IMG/VR virus record: IMGVR_UViG_3300048091_000427 | DNA length: 64,000 nucleotides | From: a virus | Direction: 5' to 3' (one strand) | Shown: in pieces, positions 49,851 to 59,562 of the stretch | Numbering within the stretch: the first letter of the stretch is position 1 | Layout: each line of letters begins with the position of its first letter | Notes under the pieces: model-generated | What the model was told of the DNA's origin: nothing | What the model saw: only the letters and a program-made list of their open reading frames with translations | Database searches by the model: none | Position numbers and translations under genes: made by a program

Positions 49851-50360
49851 ATGAAGCTGACGCGTGTTGTTAAAATTGGCAAGGCGCCTTACGACGAATA
49901 CATTGGCCGTCCTAAGCAGCCCAATATGATGCATTGGGGAAACCCGTTTGGTTTGTCCGGGGACAAGTGCGCAGTACGGGTCAGTAGCCGCACCGAGGCC
50001 ATGAACCGCTTCTGGTACTGGCTGGAGGGGACTGCTGATCAAAACGTAGAGCCAGAACGCCGGCAGTGGATCCTGGACAACCTGGAGAGTTTGCGCGGCA
50101 AGCGGCTGGGCTGCTTCTGTATGCCCCAACCATGTCACGGCCTAATCTACCGTGCCTTCCTGGGTGAAATCACCAAAGAGCAGGCGCTGAGCACTCAACC
50201 GTGGCAAGAGGTTCAGAATGACATTTTCGCTGGAGCCGTTGCGCCCACTACAGAGGTGAAGGTTGCCGTAGCCAGCGAAGTGGATGTGGAAGATCCACCG
50301 CTCAAGACGGCGACACGTGCTCGTGTCATGGAAGAAGATCAGCTGGATCTGTTTGGCTGA
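49851..50360 (+). CDS. DUF4326-family protein
   Basis: RLGCFCMPQPCHG motif; start ATG directly abuts previous stop (TGAATG). Confidence 0.5.
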   Translation: MKLTRVVKIGKAPYDEYIGRPKQPNMMHWGNPFGLSGDKCAVRVSSRTEAMNRFWYWLEGTADQNVEPERRQWILDNLESLRGKRLGCFCMPQPCHGLIYRAFLGEITKEQALSTQPWQEVQNDIFAGAVAPTTEVKVAVASEVDVEDPPLKTATRARVMEEDQLDLFG

Positions 50361-50387
50361 TCGGGTGAAGAGAAAAAACAAGGCGGC

Positions 50388-50873
50388 CTAAGCCGCCTTT
50401 TTGTTGTCCCCGTTTTCAGTCTCTTCGCAATATCTCAGGTATGGATCTACCCAACCATCACTACGCATTTTCTTGGAAACGGATGGCTCGACCTTTACGA
50501 CAGGCTCCGCCGATTTTTTGCGTCGCCATCTTGCACTGATGCGCAGAGGCTTTGGTTTGAAACGTGCCAGTGAAACGATGGGTCGGTTAAGGCGACCCTT
50601 CAACGTTTTACCCCATTGTCCAAGTCTGGAAACCTTGAGTGCTTCGCTCATCTCGGGTTGCTGATCGATGATGATCGTGGACTCTTTATTGGCTTTCCTG
50701 GCCTGGTACCGCGCATAGCCCTTGTCAAACATCGTGACGTCTTGGCGAGGCGCAAACAACGTCGCCAGCACCACAATGTCCAATAAGACAAACATGCCCA
50801 AGGGCATGCGTTGCCAGACGATAAGGCCAAACGTGGCGGAAATGAGGATAGCCATCAGTGACTTTCCCAACAT
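50388..50873 (-). CDS. membrane hypothetical protein
   Basis: Two N-terminal TM helices, basic tail. Confidence 0.4.
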   Translation of the reverse strand: MLGKSLMAILISATFGLIVWQRMPLGMFVLLDIVVLATLFAPRQDVTMFDKGYARYQARKANKESTIIIDQQPEMSEALKVSRLGQWGKTLKGRLNRPIVSLARFKPKPLRISARWRRKKSAEPVVKVEPSVSKKMRSDGWVDPYLRYCEETENGDNKKAA

Positions 50874-51269
50874 GAAACCTCCTGTCCTCGTGGTTAATCA
50901 TGCAGCAATAGCACTGTATATTCATCCACGAAAAGGTGCAACCCTGAATGACCGGTCATTGAAGTGCTAACAAGCACTCGTAAATGTCAAGAAACAGGCA
51001 TAGAATAATCACCAATAATTGACGGAATGAATGTAAATTGGGAGCCGGGGATGGAAAACGTTCCTCGCAGTTCTGAGTACGACCGCCTTGAGGTCGATCT
51101 TCGGCTTATTGACGCCAATTTGAGTGACGTCATGCGTCACCTGTTTTACAGCGAGCAGGCTTCTTCTGAAGAGGGTAGACTCGCCGGCGTGGCTGACGCA
51201 AAGCGCCAGCTTAACAAGGCAATGGACAGGATTGGGCAAGTCAGGCGCGGTGTAAAGGCCAAGGCCTGA

Positions 51270-52715
51270 TCAAAGGCCAAGGTCTTTACTGAAAGAGTCC
51301 GCCCGGAATCTCATCGACCGGGTGAGTTTGCACTTATTCAGAAAGGCGTCTTTAAGATCCAAATCAAGTGCCTTCCTAAATCCCTCACCATCGACTGATT
51401 TGAACAATATGTTGATGGTCTTGTCGTGAGCTCCTGCAATTTCGCCCGGCTTGTCCTTGGTAACCAGTTGTTTTGCGTGCTCCAGCAAAATTTCACGGGC
51501 GCCTTCAAAACTATTGGCCGCAAGTTTAATTGACGCGTCGAAATTCAGTGAAGCTACGCATTTTTTAAGCTCTGTGTTGAAGCCATCATGATCCGTAATG
51601 GTTGGGGTGATTCCCCGCTGGTAGTATCTGATGAGGTTCATCATGTGTTTGGGGTCACTGGTCAGTATGTCTACCCCTGCGGTCAGAGCCACCTCAAACA
51701 AACGCTCCTTCAAGTGGGGTTCATCTTTTCGTGGACTCGATTGAGCGATGGCAGTAAGCAAGCGTAGTGGGGTGAAGTCCGTACCACGTCCCATGATGAT
51801 TTCTGTCGGTGTTCTTTCGAGTGGCGTCATCTCATGCAAGCTCGAGCAAATTGCACGCAGGTTGGTCGTATCTCGAAGGTACGTGATCTCTTCTGGTACT
51901 CCATTTTTGAGCGCCCGTAAAAATCGGCAAAAGACCAGGGCCGGATCAAAATCACGAACGCCTCTTTTTGCTTCGGCGTTCATGGCGTAGTCGAGGATCG
52001 GATTATGGAGCCAGGGCTTTTTCTCGAGACGTGAGATAATCGCGAGACACTTGGTGATTGACTGATCGTAGGGCAATTCAGAGTCCACATCGCGTGAAAG
52101 CGAAACGCCGCCACTTTCAAGAAAGTGATCCATGGCTTCCACCATTTTATCCTTGTTGCTATGGCCCACGAACTGGTTCAAGTACATGTCCTTGAACATC
52201 ATTGCTACGTACTGGGGTTCGGAGATATAGCGGTGACCGCCCATGCTCCTGAGAACATTCATCGTTTCGACAAAATCCTCTTTACTGACCAGGGGCTCCT
52301 TATCGGATTTTGGGAATTTCCGACCAAATCCGAGAATGGCCGATCCCAATGGCTTGAGGGGATTTGGAAAGCTTACCTTACTGTAAAGGATGGTCTGCGG
52401 GCTGGAATCGAACAGGGCAGGGTCGTCAAGGTAGCAATCGTAGCGTTCGAAAATCGCCAGGGGCACGCCATGATCGCGGAAAATGGCTAAGGCCTCATGA
52501 TTACCCTCCATGGCGCATTCGCAGATGTGCTGTTCCACGTCCCTGCGCAAGGATTGTGGGGTCATGTATCTCGGACTTGCACGGTCAGGGGACATAGGCG
52601 CCGGCAAGTAGCCTGCAGCTTCTGGCATCTTCTCCAGGTGCTCGCAGTAGATCCTGGCGTTGCTCACGGCTCTCTCGGACGCTGTAAGCCATGTACGGCG
52701 GTGATCGAATGTCAT
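51270..52715 (-). CDS. hypothetical protein (481 aa) ending SFSKDLGL; FSxDLGL family, tandem paralogue B
   Basis: Shares EKMPEAxGYLPAP, HEALxIxRxHGVxLxIFERYD, KxGVRDFDPxxVF, TNLRAI, C-terminal RADSFSKDLGL with upstream paralogue. Confidence 0.55.
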   Translation of the reverse strand: MTFDHRRTWLTASERAVSNARIYCEHLEKMPEAAGYLPAPMSPDRASPRYMTPQSLRRDVEQHICECAMEGNHEALAIFRDHGVPLAIFERYDCYLDDPALFDSSPQTILYSKVSFPNPLKPLGSAILGFGRKFPKSDKEPLVSKEDFVETMNVLRSMGGHRYISEPQYVAMMFKDMYLNQFVGHSNKDKMVEAMDHFLESGGVSLSRDVDSELPYDQSITKCLAIISRLEKKPWLHNPILDYAMNAEAKRGVRDFDPALVFCRFLRALKNGVPEEITYLRDTTNLRAICSSLHEMTPLERTPTEIIMGRGTDFTPLRLLTAIAQSSPRKDEPHLKERLFEVALTAGVDILTSDPKHMMNLIRYYQRGITPTITDHDGFNTELKKCVASLNFDASIKLAANSFEGAREILLEHAKQLVTKDKPGEIAGAHDKTINILFKSVDGEGFRKALDLDLKDAFLNKCKLTRSMRFRADSFSKDLGL

Positions 52716-52791
52716 GGAAGCTCTCGGGTAGATTTGAATGGTTGATCAGTCGGGCGATGCAGGGGAGGGCTCAGTACTTGAGCCCTGTGCC

Positions 52792-54237
52792 TCAAAGGCC
52801 GAGGTCTTTTGAAAAGGACTCAGCGCGAAATTGTAGCGACTGGGTGGTCTTACCTTTGTAGGCAAAGGCGTCACCCATGCTCAGGCCAAGCTTTATCCGG
52901 TAGCTTTCGCTGGTAGGGTCGGTAAACAGCCGCTGGATGGTCGCTTCATCGGCGCCGGCGATGGCATTCACCTTGTCGTCGGTAAGCATCTGCTTTATCC
53001 GTGCCAAGGCAGCTGGATTGGCCTTGAGCACATGGCCTTTGCACAGCTTCATCGCGGCAGTGAGGTTGAGCACCTCAGTGTGCTTCCCGAGTTCATCATT
53101 GAACTCTTCCAACTTATCCAGATCCAGGCAGCCTTTACGTTCGTACTTGGAGATCAAGGTGAAGAGATGGCCTTTGTCATTGATCAACGTGTCCATGCCC
53201 GCTGACATGCAAGCGTTGAACAACGCTGGGATGCGCGCAGGCTCTACTTTGGCAGTCTTTGATTCATCTATCGCACGCAGCAACATCAGCGGAGTGAAGC
53301 GCTTCTGGTTGCCGAGGATGATCGCATTCGGATCTTTGTTGATCGGGTAGAGTTCGTGCATGCGCTGGAAGATGGCCCGAAGGTTGGTGTTCTCCCCCAG
53401 CCAACTCACCACCTTGTCTTGCCCGCGACTCAAGGCATTCATAAACGATTGAAAGACGATGACCGGGTCAAAATCACGCACGCCGGCTTTCACTTCGCTC
53501 TCTAGCGCGAAAGGCAGCATCACGTTCTGGGTTTCTGGGTTGAAATCCATGTTCCGGATCTTTTTGATGATTTTCAGCACCGAGTCATCGAAGCTTAGAT
53601 CGGAGTCATAGTCCCGGCACAGGGAGATACCACCCTCGGCGAGGAATTTATCGCTGGCGTAGCTCAAGCGACGGCTGTTATTGAGGTTCATGAACAGGAA
53701 GCCCATGTCACGAAACATTTTCGAGACGTACTGGGGATCGTTCTTGTAGTGATTTCCACCCATGATCATGAGAACCGACAGGGTCTCGTCGAAGTCGGCC
53801 TCGGTGATGCAGGCAGCTTCATAGAGATCGCTTCTCGAATACCCGGATATTAACGTGCCGACGGCTTCCAGAGGATTCGGAAAAACTGTACCGCGATTCA
53901 AGATATCGCGAGCGTGGGGTGAGTACAGTTCCTGGTTTTCCAAGAAACTGTCATAGCGCTCGAAGATCACGAGGCCTACCCCGTGCTCACGATAGATCTT
54001 CAATGCTTCATGGTTGACGGTTTCAGCGCACCGGGCGATGTTGACTTCAATTGCCCGGCGCAGCGTGGATGGCGTCCAATTATCTTTGCTCTCGCCGCTA
54101 CCATTACTGGGTGCGGGCAGGTAACCGATAGCTTCCGGCATTTTCTCTAGGGCACGGCAGAAACGAGTCGCTAACGTGACGCCCCATGCAACCTGGTCGG
54201 CTCTGCGGCGTTGGTAAGTTGCGTCTAGATCGCTCAT
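52792..54237 (-). CDS. hypothetical protein (481 aa) ending SFSKDLGL; tandem paralogue A
   Basis: See paralogue B; identical length, identical last 8 residues. Confidence 0.55.
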   Translation of the reverse strand: MSDLDATYQRRRADQVAWGVTLATRFCRALEKMPEAIGYLPAPSNGSGESKDNWTPSTLRRAIEVNIARCAETVNHEALKIYREHGVGLVIFERYDSFLENQELYSPHARDILNRGTVFPNPLEAVGTLISGYSRSDLYEAACITEADFDETLSVLMIMGGNHYKNDPQYVSKMFRDMGFLFMNLNNSRRLSYASDKFLAEGGISLCRDYDSDLSFDDSVLKIIKKIRNMDFNPETQNVMLPFALESEVKAGVRDFDPVIVFQSFMNALSRGQDKVVSWLGENTNLRAIFQRMHELYPINKDPNAIILGNQKRFTPLMLLRAIDESKTAKVEPARIPALFNACMSAGMDTLINDKGHLFTLISKYERKGCLDLDKLEEFNDELGKHTEVLNLTAAMKLCKGHVLKANPAALARIKQMLTDDKVNAIAGADEATIQRLFTDPTSESYRIKLGLSMGDAFAYKGKTTQSLQFRAESFSKDLGL

Positions 54238-54307
54238 GGAAAAGCCCCAATGTTTTTTCTCAGTATGGGGCTTGCGCTAACGCGGGCGCAACGCGACGAA
54301 CCGGGAC

Positions 54308-54784
54308 TCAGGCCTCGGGTGTACGGTCGTCTGTGATCAACAGTGGGGGTGCTTCCGGTTCCTCTTTGGGAGCAAAATGGGCCTTGGTCGCCTGATAGGC
54401 TTTCTGCCCGGCAACTCCCAGGCAATACGCGGCGCCAGCGGACACAGAGGCCGTCACGATCAAACCCCCGCCTACAGCCCCTGCCGCAGCGATCCCGAGG
54501 GCGGCCCCGACGGAAGCCCCGCCGATTTCAGCAGTTTTCTCCCCAAGGGTGTCGGCGGCTTGTAGCAGGGTCTTTTCCTTGCGCATGACCGCAATGGACT
54601 CCTTACCGACGGTCAAGGCCGTTTCCACGATCAGCGCAGCAGGCAGGCGCTTGAGCAAACCCGAGGAACTTGCGGTAAGGACACGTGACAAGCCTTTAGA
54701 GGCGCCCATTTCCAGAGCCTTGCCTGCGGCTGCTTTGAGAATCCCCATGAATAACGGCTCCTGATACAGCGACAATAAGCCCAC
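54308..54784 (-). CDS. glycine-zipper membrane protein (Gly/Ala-rich)
   Basis: GAALGIAAAGAVGGG GxxxG repeats; first gene of three-gene minus-strand block. Confidence 0.35.
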   Translation of the reverse strand: MGLLSLYQEPLFMGILKAAAGKALEMGASKGLSRVLTASSSGLLKRLPAALIVETALTVGKESIAVMRKEKTLLQAADTLGEKTAEIGGASVGAALGIAAAGAVGGGLIVTASVSAGAAYCLGVAGQKAYQATKAHFAPKEEPEAPPLLITDDRTPEA

Positions 54785-54967
54785 CTGGCGGTGGAAGTGT
54801 GCTCCTGTATTCTACAGCTTATTCTCGGTGTTGGTGACCCAAAACCCTGATTCGAGTTATTGCCAAAAAGCGAGCCGGCTTCGCCGGATGTGCGATCTCT
54901 CGAGAACTGTCCGCTGGCAATGCATGCTCTATGTTGTGTACCCTTTCGGCATTGAACTGGAGGTGAC

Positions 54968-55723
54968 ATGAAAATCCTGGTGCTGTCTGACCTGCATATT
55001 GAGTTTTCGCCGTTCGAGCCCTCATTGACCGACGTCGACGTCGTGATCCTGGCCGGTGATATCGGACTGAAAACCCGTGGCATCGAGTGGGCGGCCAGCG
55101 CATTCAGCTGCCCGGTGCTGTACATCCCCGGCAATCATGAGTACTACGGGGGCGAGCTGGGCCGCAACCTGGTGAAAATGCGCGAAGCTGCCGGCAGGAC
55201 GCCCAACGTCAAAGTGCTCGATTGCGACGAGGTCATCATCGATGACGTGCGCTTCCTCGGTGCGACCGCCTGGACGGATTACACCGCTTCGGGTAACGAA
55301 CCCATGGCGAAGCTGGCGGCGACAGCTCTGACTGATTTTAAAAAGATTCGGACGGCGTTGTTCAAGCGGGTTAATCCGGATCATTTTGCCTATGAATGCC
55401 GAAAGGCCAAGGCCTGGTTCATGCGCAAGCTCGAAGAACCGTTCCACGGTCACACCGTGGGCATTACGCACCATGCGCCGTCAGTGGAGTCCCTTCGTGG
55501 CCACCCTGAAGCAGGCACTGACCTGGATGCGTCGTTTGCCAACCGCTGGGAAGACATTCTGAGCGGATTCGACCTCTTCGTGCACGGTCACAATCATCAG
55601 CGGGCTGACTACGACGTCTACGGGTGCCGGGTTGTGTCGAATCAGCGAGGGTATCCCGGCGAAGTCATCGACTTCGATCCGGCCTTCGTGATCGACACGG
55701 ACAACTTTCGAAGGAAAGGTTGA
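54968..55723 (+). CDS. calcineurin-like metallophosphoesterase
   Basis: MKILVLSDLHIE...AGDIG...GNHEYY motifs. Confidence 0.75.
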   Translation: MKILVLSDLHIEFSPFEPSLTDVDVVILAGDIGLKTRGIEWAASAFSCPVLYIPGNHEYYGGELGRNLVKMREAAGRTPNVKVLDCDEVIIDDVRFLGATAWTDYTASGNEPMAKLAATALTDFKKIRTALFKRVNPDHFAYECRKAKAWFMRKLEEPFHGHTVGITHHAPSVESLRGHPEAGTDLDASFANRWEDILSGFDLFVHGHNHQRADYDVYGCRVVSNQRGYPGEVIDFDPAFVIDTDNFRRKG

Positions 55724-56043
55724 GCTTAACCGCGAGGGCCTTTTGGAGGCCCTTTCGGATCAGCAAGAATGACTGACGTACGGTACTTTGGCATCCCTAC
55801 GGCGCCACCACTGCCAGCGCTTGGGTGCCGTCCAGCCTTCCTGGGTCGCGAGGAGGGTGCACATTTCCTGGGCCGTATCGCTAGTCGGGCCAAACGCTGC
55901 AATATTCCGTCGCTTCGCGAAAGGAAAGTCGGTGACAGTCAGGCAGGCGCTGTATTGGTCTGGGGTGTCTCGAAGAGTCATAAGCTTCCTTGTGCGGGGT
56001 GCTGGGAAAGCCCCTGAGAGGCGTCAGGGGCGCCGGTGTGCGC

Positions 56044-57297
56044 TTAAGCTCTGAGTCGGTCGAAATCAGATCGCAACGACCTGAGATCAACTCCGGAGGG
56101 CTGCTGGTGCACGCTCAAGCCAAATTCAGGTAGGATCGAAATCACGTGATCGAAGATATCGCCCTGGATTCGCTCATAATCGACCCAGACCGTGGTGTTG
56201 GCAAATACGTAGATTTCAACTGGTATCCCGGTCGGGGTCGGATCGAGCAGGCGAACCATCAGGGTCATGTCCTGGTGCACGCCGGGGTGGTTGCGCAGGT
56301 ACTGTTCGAGGTACGCCCGGAATGTACCCAAGTTGGTCAGTCGACGCTGGTTGACCTCATCTTTGCCGGCTTCTGGCAGTTTCTCGTTCCAGGCATTGAT
56401 CTCCCGATCCTTCTCAATGAGGTAATCGCGCAGCAGGCTGAAGCGGGAGAGGGCAGTCTTTTCCTCGGGGCTTAAAAAACCGACGGTATTTTGATCGATG
56501 AAGAGTGAACGCATAATCCGTCTCCCCCCTGCCTCCCTCATACCACGCATATTACGGAATGCGCCTTCAACTATCGCTCGGGTCGGCACTGTAGATAACG
56601 TAAAGTCATGATTTCTGACGAGAATTTGGTGAAGCGCGATGTCAATCACGTCGCCGTTGGCATTGAACTGAGGAACCTCGATCCAGTCGCCCAGGCGGAC
56701 GATCTCGCTGGAAGAAATCTGGATACTGGCGACCAGGCTATGCAGGGTTGACTGAAAGACCAGTACCGCAACCGCCGCCAGCGCACCGAGGCCGGAGAAC
56801 ATGATCAATGGAGACTTGTCGACCAGGGCGGCAATGCACAGGATGGTGGTCAGGCAGTAAACGACGATTTTACAGATCTGAATGTAGCTTTTGATCGTCC
56901 GCTGCGTGGCCCGTGGTCGGCTTTGGTAGGCCGTATTGATCATGTCTAATACGCCGCACAGCGCAAGGGCCAGTGTCATGACGATAAAGGCGCTGCAAAG
57001 GTTTGCAATGATCGTGCTGATGGTTTTGGAAATTTCCGGGATGTAGGGAACCCCGTACATGATCGACAAAGCCGGCACCACGTGAAGGATGCGTGAAATC
57101 ACCTTGGTCGGCAGCTGCTGGAAGGTCTGAACCAGCGGGGACTGACTGAACAAACGGTAGATACCGTTGATGAAAATGACTTTAAGCAAGAAGGTGATGA
57201 GGGCTGCAAAAATCAACAAGGCCGCGCCCATGCCGGCTGAGTAGGCGTCAGGGTAGCCTTTCAGCCAGGCAATTGCCTGGTACACATGGTCAAACAT
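56044..57297 (-). CDS. MscS-family mechanosensitive channel
   Basis: TM helices followed by MscS beta-domain pattern (ISSSEIVRLGDWIEV...). Confidence 0.7.
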   Translation of the reverse strand: MFDHVYQAIAWLKGYPDAYSAGMGAALLIFAALITFLLKVIFINGIYRLFSQSPLVQTFQQLPTKVISRILHVVPALSIMYGVPYIPEISKTISTIIANLCSAFIVMTLALALCGVLDMINTAYQSRPRATQRTIKSYIQICKIVVYCLTTILCIAALVDKSPLIMFSGLGALAAVAVLVFQSTLHSLVASIQISSSEIVRLGDWIEVPQFNANGDVIDIALHQILVRNHDFTLSTVPTRAIVEGAFRNMRGMREAGGRRIMRSLFIDQNTVGFLSPEEKTALSRFSLLRDYLIEKDREINAWNEKLPEAGKDEVNQRRLTNLGTFRAYLEQYLRNHPGVHQDMTLMVRLLDPTPTGIPVEIYVFANTTVWVDYERIQGDIFDHVISILPEFGLSVHQQPSGVDLRSLRSDFDRLRA

Positions 57298-57443
57298 GGA
57301 AAATGAATCCTACGAAGACACGCTGCCGCTCTTGGCAGAGTAAGCCGTCAATTTATCATATATGCCTAGCTGGAAAGGAGAGGGTGTCGACCACTCAGTC
57401 AAAAAATAAAAGCCCGGCCACCTTGCGGCGGTCGGGCTCGTTA

Positions 57444-57824
57444 TCACCAGTAATCCCAGCTATTGAATTTCTGCAGCGCAGAAAGGCATACATCGAAATC
57501 ACCGGTGCTCAGTGCCTTGCGAATGGCCTGGAAGTGCTGGGCCTTTTGCATGTCGCGATCACGCCTGCGGTAATCACGCGGCACACTGTTGAACCTGTAA
57601 GTACGGTAGTCCGTATGAAACACCCGGATGGTTTCGGCGACGTACTCAGCGTAGGTTTTCCCTTTGCCGTCGTCCCAGGAATGGATAAATACTCCATCAC
57701 GTTTGAAGCAGTACCCATGGTTTTCGTGATCGATTACGCCGAGCCGAATGTAGTAGGCGAAATTACGCGAGGGTTTCCCGCGTCGGAAGGTTCTGGACAT
57801 CTTGACTCCTCGATTGGACTGCAC
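57444..57824 (-). CDS. small basic hypothetical protein (tandem paralogue 1)
   Basis: MSRTFRRGKPSRNFA N-terminus; about 55-60% identical to 57979..58335. Confidence 0.45.
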   Translation of the reverse strand: MQSNRGVKMSRTFRRGKPSRNFAYYIRLGVIDHENHGYCFKRDGVFIHSWDDGKGKTYAEYVAETIRVFHTDYRTYRFNSVPRDYRRRDRDMQKAQHFQAIRKALSTGDFDVCLSALQKFNSWDYW

Positions 57825-57978
57825 AATCGGGAGTACCTGTCGTGGATGTATTTCACCGTCATAATTTCTTCCTCAAGTCTGTATTTCAGGCTAACAGCGC
57901 CCATCCAGAGGGCCTTGCCTGGACGTGCCAAGGTTTGGCAACAAAGGGCCCGACCAAGCGCCGTGGTCGGGCTTTGCA

Positions 57979-58335
57979 TCAAAAATAACGCCAGCTATAA
58001 AACTTCTCCAGCGCCGACAAGCATACATCGTAGTCGCCGGTGCTGATTGCTACACGGAGCGCTTGAAGGTGCTTGGCCTTTTGCGCATCGTTATCAAGCT
58101 TGCGGTAGACGCGTGGTACGTTGCCGTACCTGCGACTATGAAAGTCCGCATGGAACACGCGAATTTCTTCGGAGGCGTACTCGTCGTAGGACTTGCCGTC
58201 ACCCTCACACCAATTAAGCCGAAACTCGGCAGTCCTGTACGAAAAGTAGCCCCGGTTCTCGTGATCGATGACGCCGATCCGATTGTAGCGGGCGAAATTA
58301 CGCGAGGGTTTCCCGCGACGGATAGTTCTGGACAT
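57979..58335 (-). CDS. small basic hypothetical protein (tandem paralogue 2)
   Basis: MSRTIRRGKPSRNFA N-terminus; upstream leader and downstream hairpin also duplicated. Confidence 0.45.
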   Translation of the reverse strand: MSRTIRRGKPSRNFARYNRIGVIDHENRGYFSYRTAEFRLNWCEGDGKSYDEYASEEIRVFHADFHSRRYGNVPRVYRKLDNDAQKAKHLQALRVAISTGDYDVCLSALEKFYSWRYF

Positions 58336-58475
58336 GTTGATTCCTCGATTGACTGCACAATCGGGAATACCTGTCGTGGATGTCTTTCTGCTTCATATCT
58401 GCCCCCTTAAATCAGCATTCCAGGTTAACAGCATGAATCAGGAAGGCAAGCAATTTCTGTAGGCAGCCTTGGTGG

Positions 58476-58793
58476 TCAACCGAGTGATGGAGTCGGCAGG
58501 GGCGTCCAGTGGGTGTGATCGCCGGGCCAGCGGTCGTCCCTGGGCGTGCCCAGGTAAGGAGGCTCGGAGACCGGCAACTTCCACCACAGTACGGGGCCAT
58601 CGCTAAGCGCCCAGGCCGCTTGCGGGCGAACCACCGTCATCTCATCGAGCGCAATGGATTCTGAGATTGCAGCGTCGATGACGTCGGCTAGCTCGTCCTT
58701 GGTGTAGATACCGCCGTGGAACAGAGTGCCCTGCCGGGTCGTCTTGGCAATGACCCGCATCAGCCGGCGCACTTCCTTTTTGCTAGGCATCAT
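58476..58793 (-). CDS. hypothetical protein (105 aa)
   Basis: ORF only. Confidence 0.3.
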   Translation of the reverse strand: MMPSKKEVRRLMRVIAKTTRQGTLFHGGIYTKDELADVIDAAISESIALDEMTVVRPQAAWALSDGPVLWWKLPVSEPPYLGTPRDDRWPGDHTHWTPLPTPSLG

Positions 58794-58888
58794 GGGTGAT
58801 CACCTCGGAGGCCATCCAAGGTAGCATTCCACGCAAGGTCATGGTCTGAAATGCCATTCTGTTTCATGTTTCACTCCTCTGCTGAGCA

Positions 58889-59497
58889 TTACAGGAGACC
58901 AAGGCCTCTGAAGACATCAATCGCTTTCTGCCTGTCACGCTCATCTTGTCCGATCTCATGGGCCTGCAAGAGCCCTCGGAAGGTCAAGCTGACACGCGGG
59001 CCGCATGAGGCGCTGTGCTTTGGAATGCGGTGCAGATGCGTCAGCTGCATGCCGGCAGGCATCACAAACAACGAGCCTGATTCCAACATTTGCTTATGAA
59101 CGATGCCGTCCATGCCTTTGTACCAGATCTCGCGTTTCGCGCCGAAGCTGAACACCAGAATTGGCCGTTTGTGATCAATGACTTCGCTGTCGTCGGCATG
59201 CCAGTTCAACGAATCGTGCTCATCGTTGTAGCCGTTGCAAAAGCAGGCCTCAAATTTGACACCAAAGTCGGCTTCGGCTTTTTGCTTGATCTCAGCAATC
59301 AGATCGTCCCAGGCTTCAACCGGGTAATAGGTCTTGGCACCGAGGCCGCGTCCGTAGGTGTAGGGTTTCCCGTTGTCGCTGAAAAAACACTCGCGCCGGG
59401 GCACATCGCGCTGCTCCCAAGGCAGGTTGTTCCAGAAGTGCTCAAAGCACGCTGCTGGATTGGGTACCGCCTCGGCAATGTAAGTGATCTTGACCAT
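58889..59497 (-). CDS. AlkB-family 2OG-Fe(II) dioxygenase
   Basis: NWHADD (HxD) ... HLH ... RVSLTFR motif arrangement. Confidence 0.65.
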   Translation of the reverse strand: MVKITYIAEAVPNPAACFEHFWNNLPWEQRDVPRRECFFSDNGKPYTYGRGLGAKTYYPVEAWDDLIAEIKQKAEADFGVKFEACFCNGYNDEHDSLNWHADDSEVIDHKRPILVFSFGAKREIWYKGMDGIVHKQMLESGSLFVMPAGMQLTHLHRIPKHSASCGPRVSLTFRGLLQAHEIGQDERDRQKAIDVFRGLGLL

Positions 59498-59562
59498 TGA
59501 AAAGAGCTCCTTCCCTTCAAATGTATGACGGCCCTTTCGGGCCGTCGGTGATGCAGTGGGGG

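Noticed and set aside
49851-50360. DUF4326 protein as member of the FSxDLGL tail family (ends ...DQLDLFG)
   Set aside because: Tail is DLFG not DLG[LV] and lacks the F-S-x prefix; similarity judged coincidental
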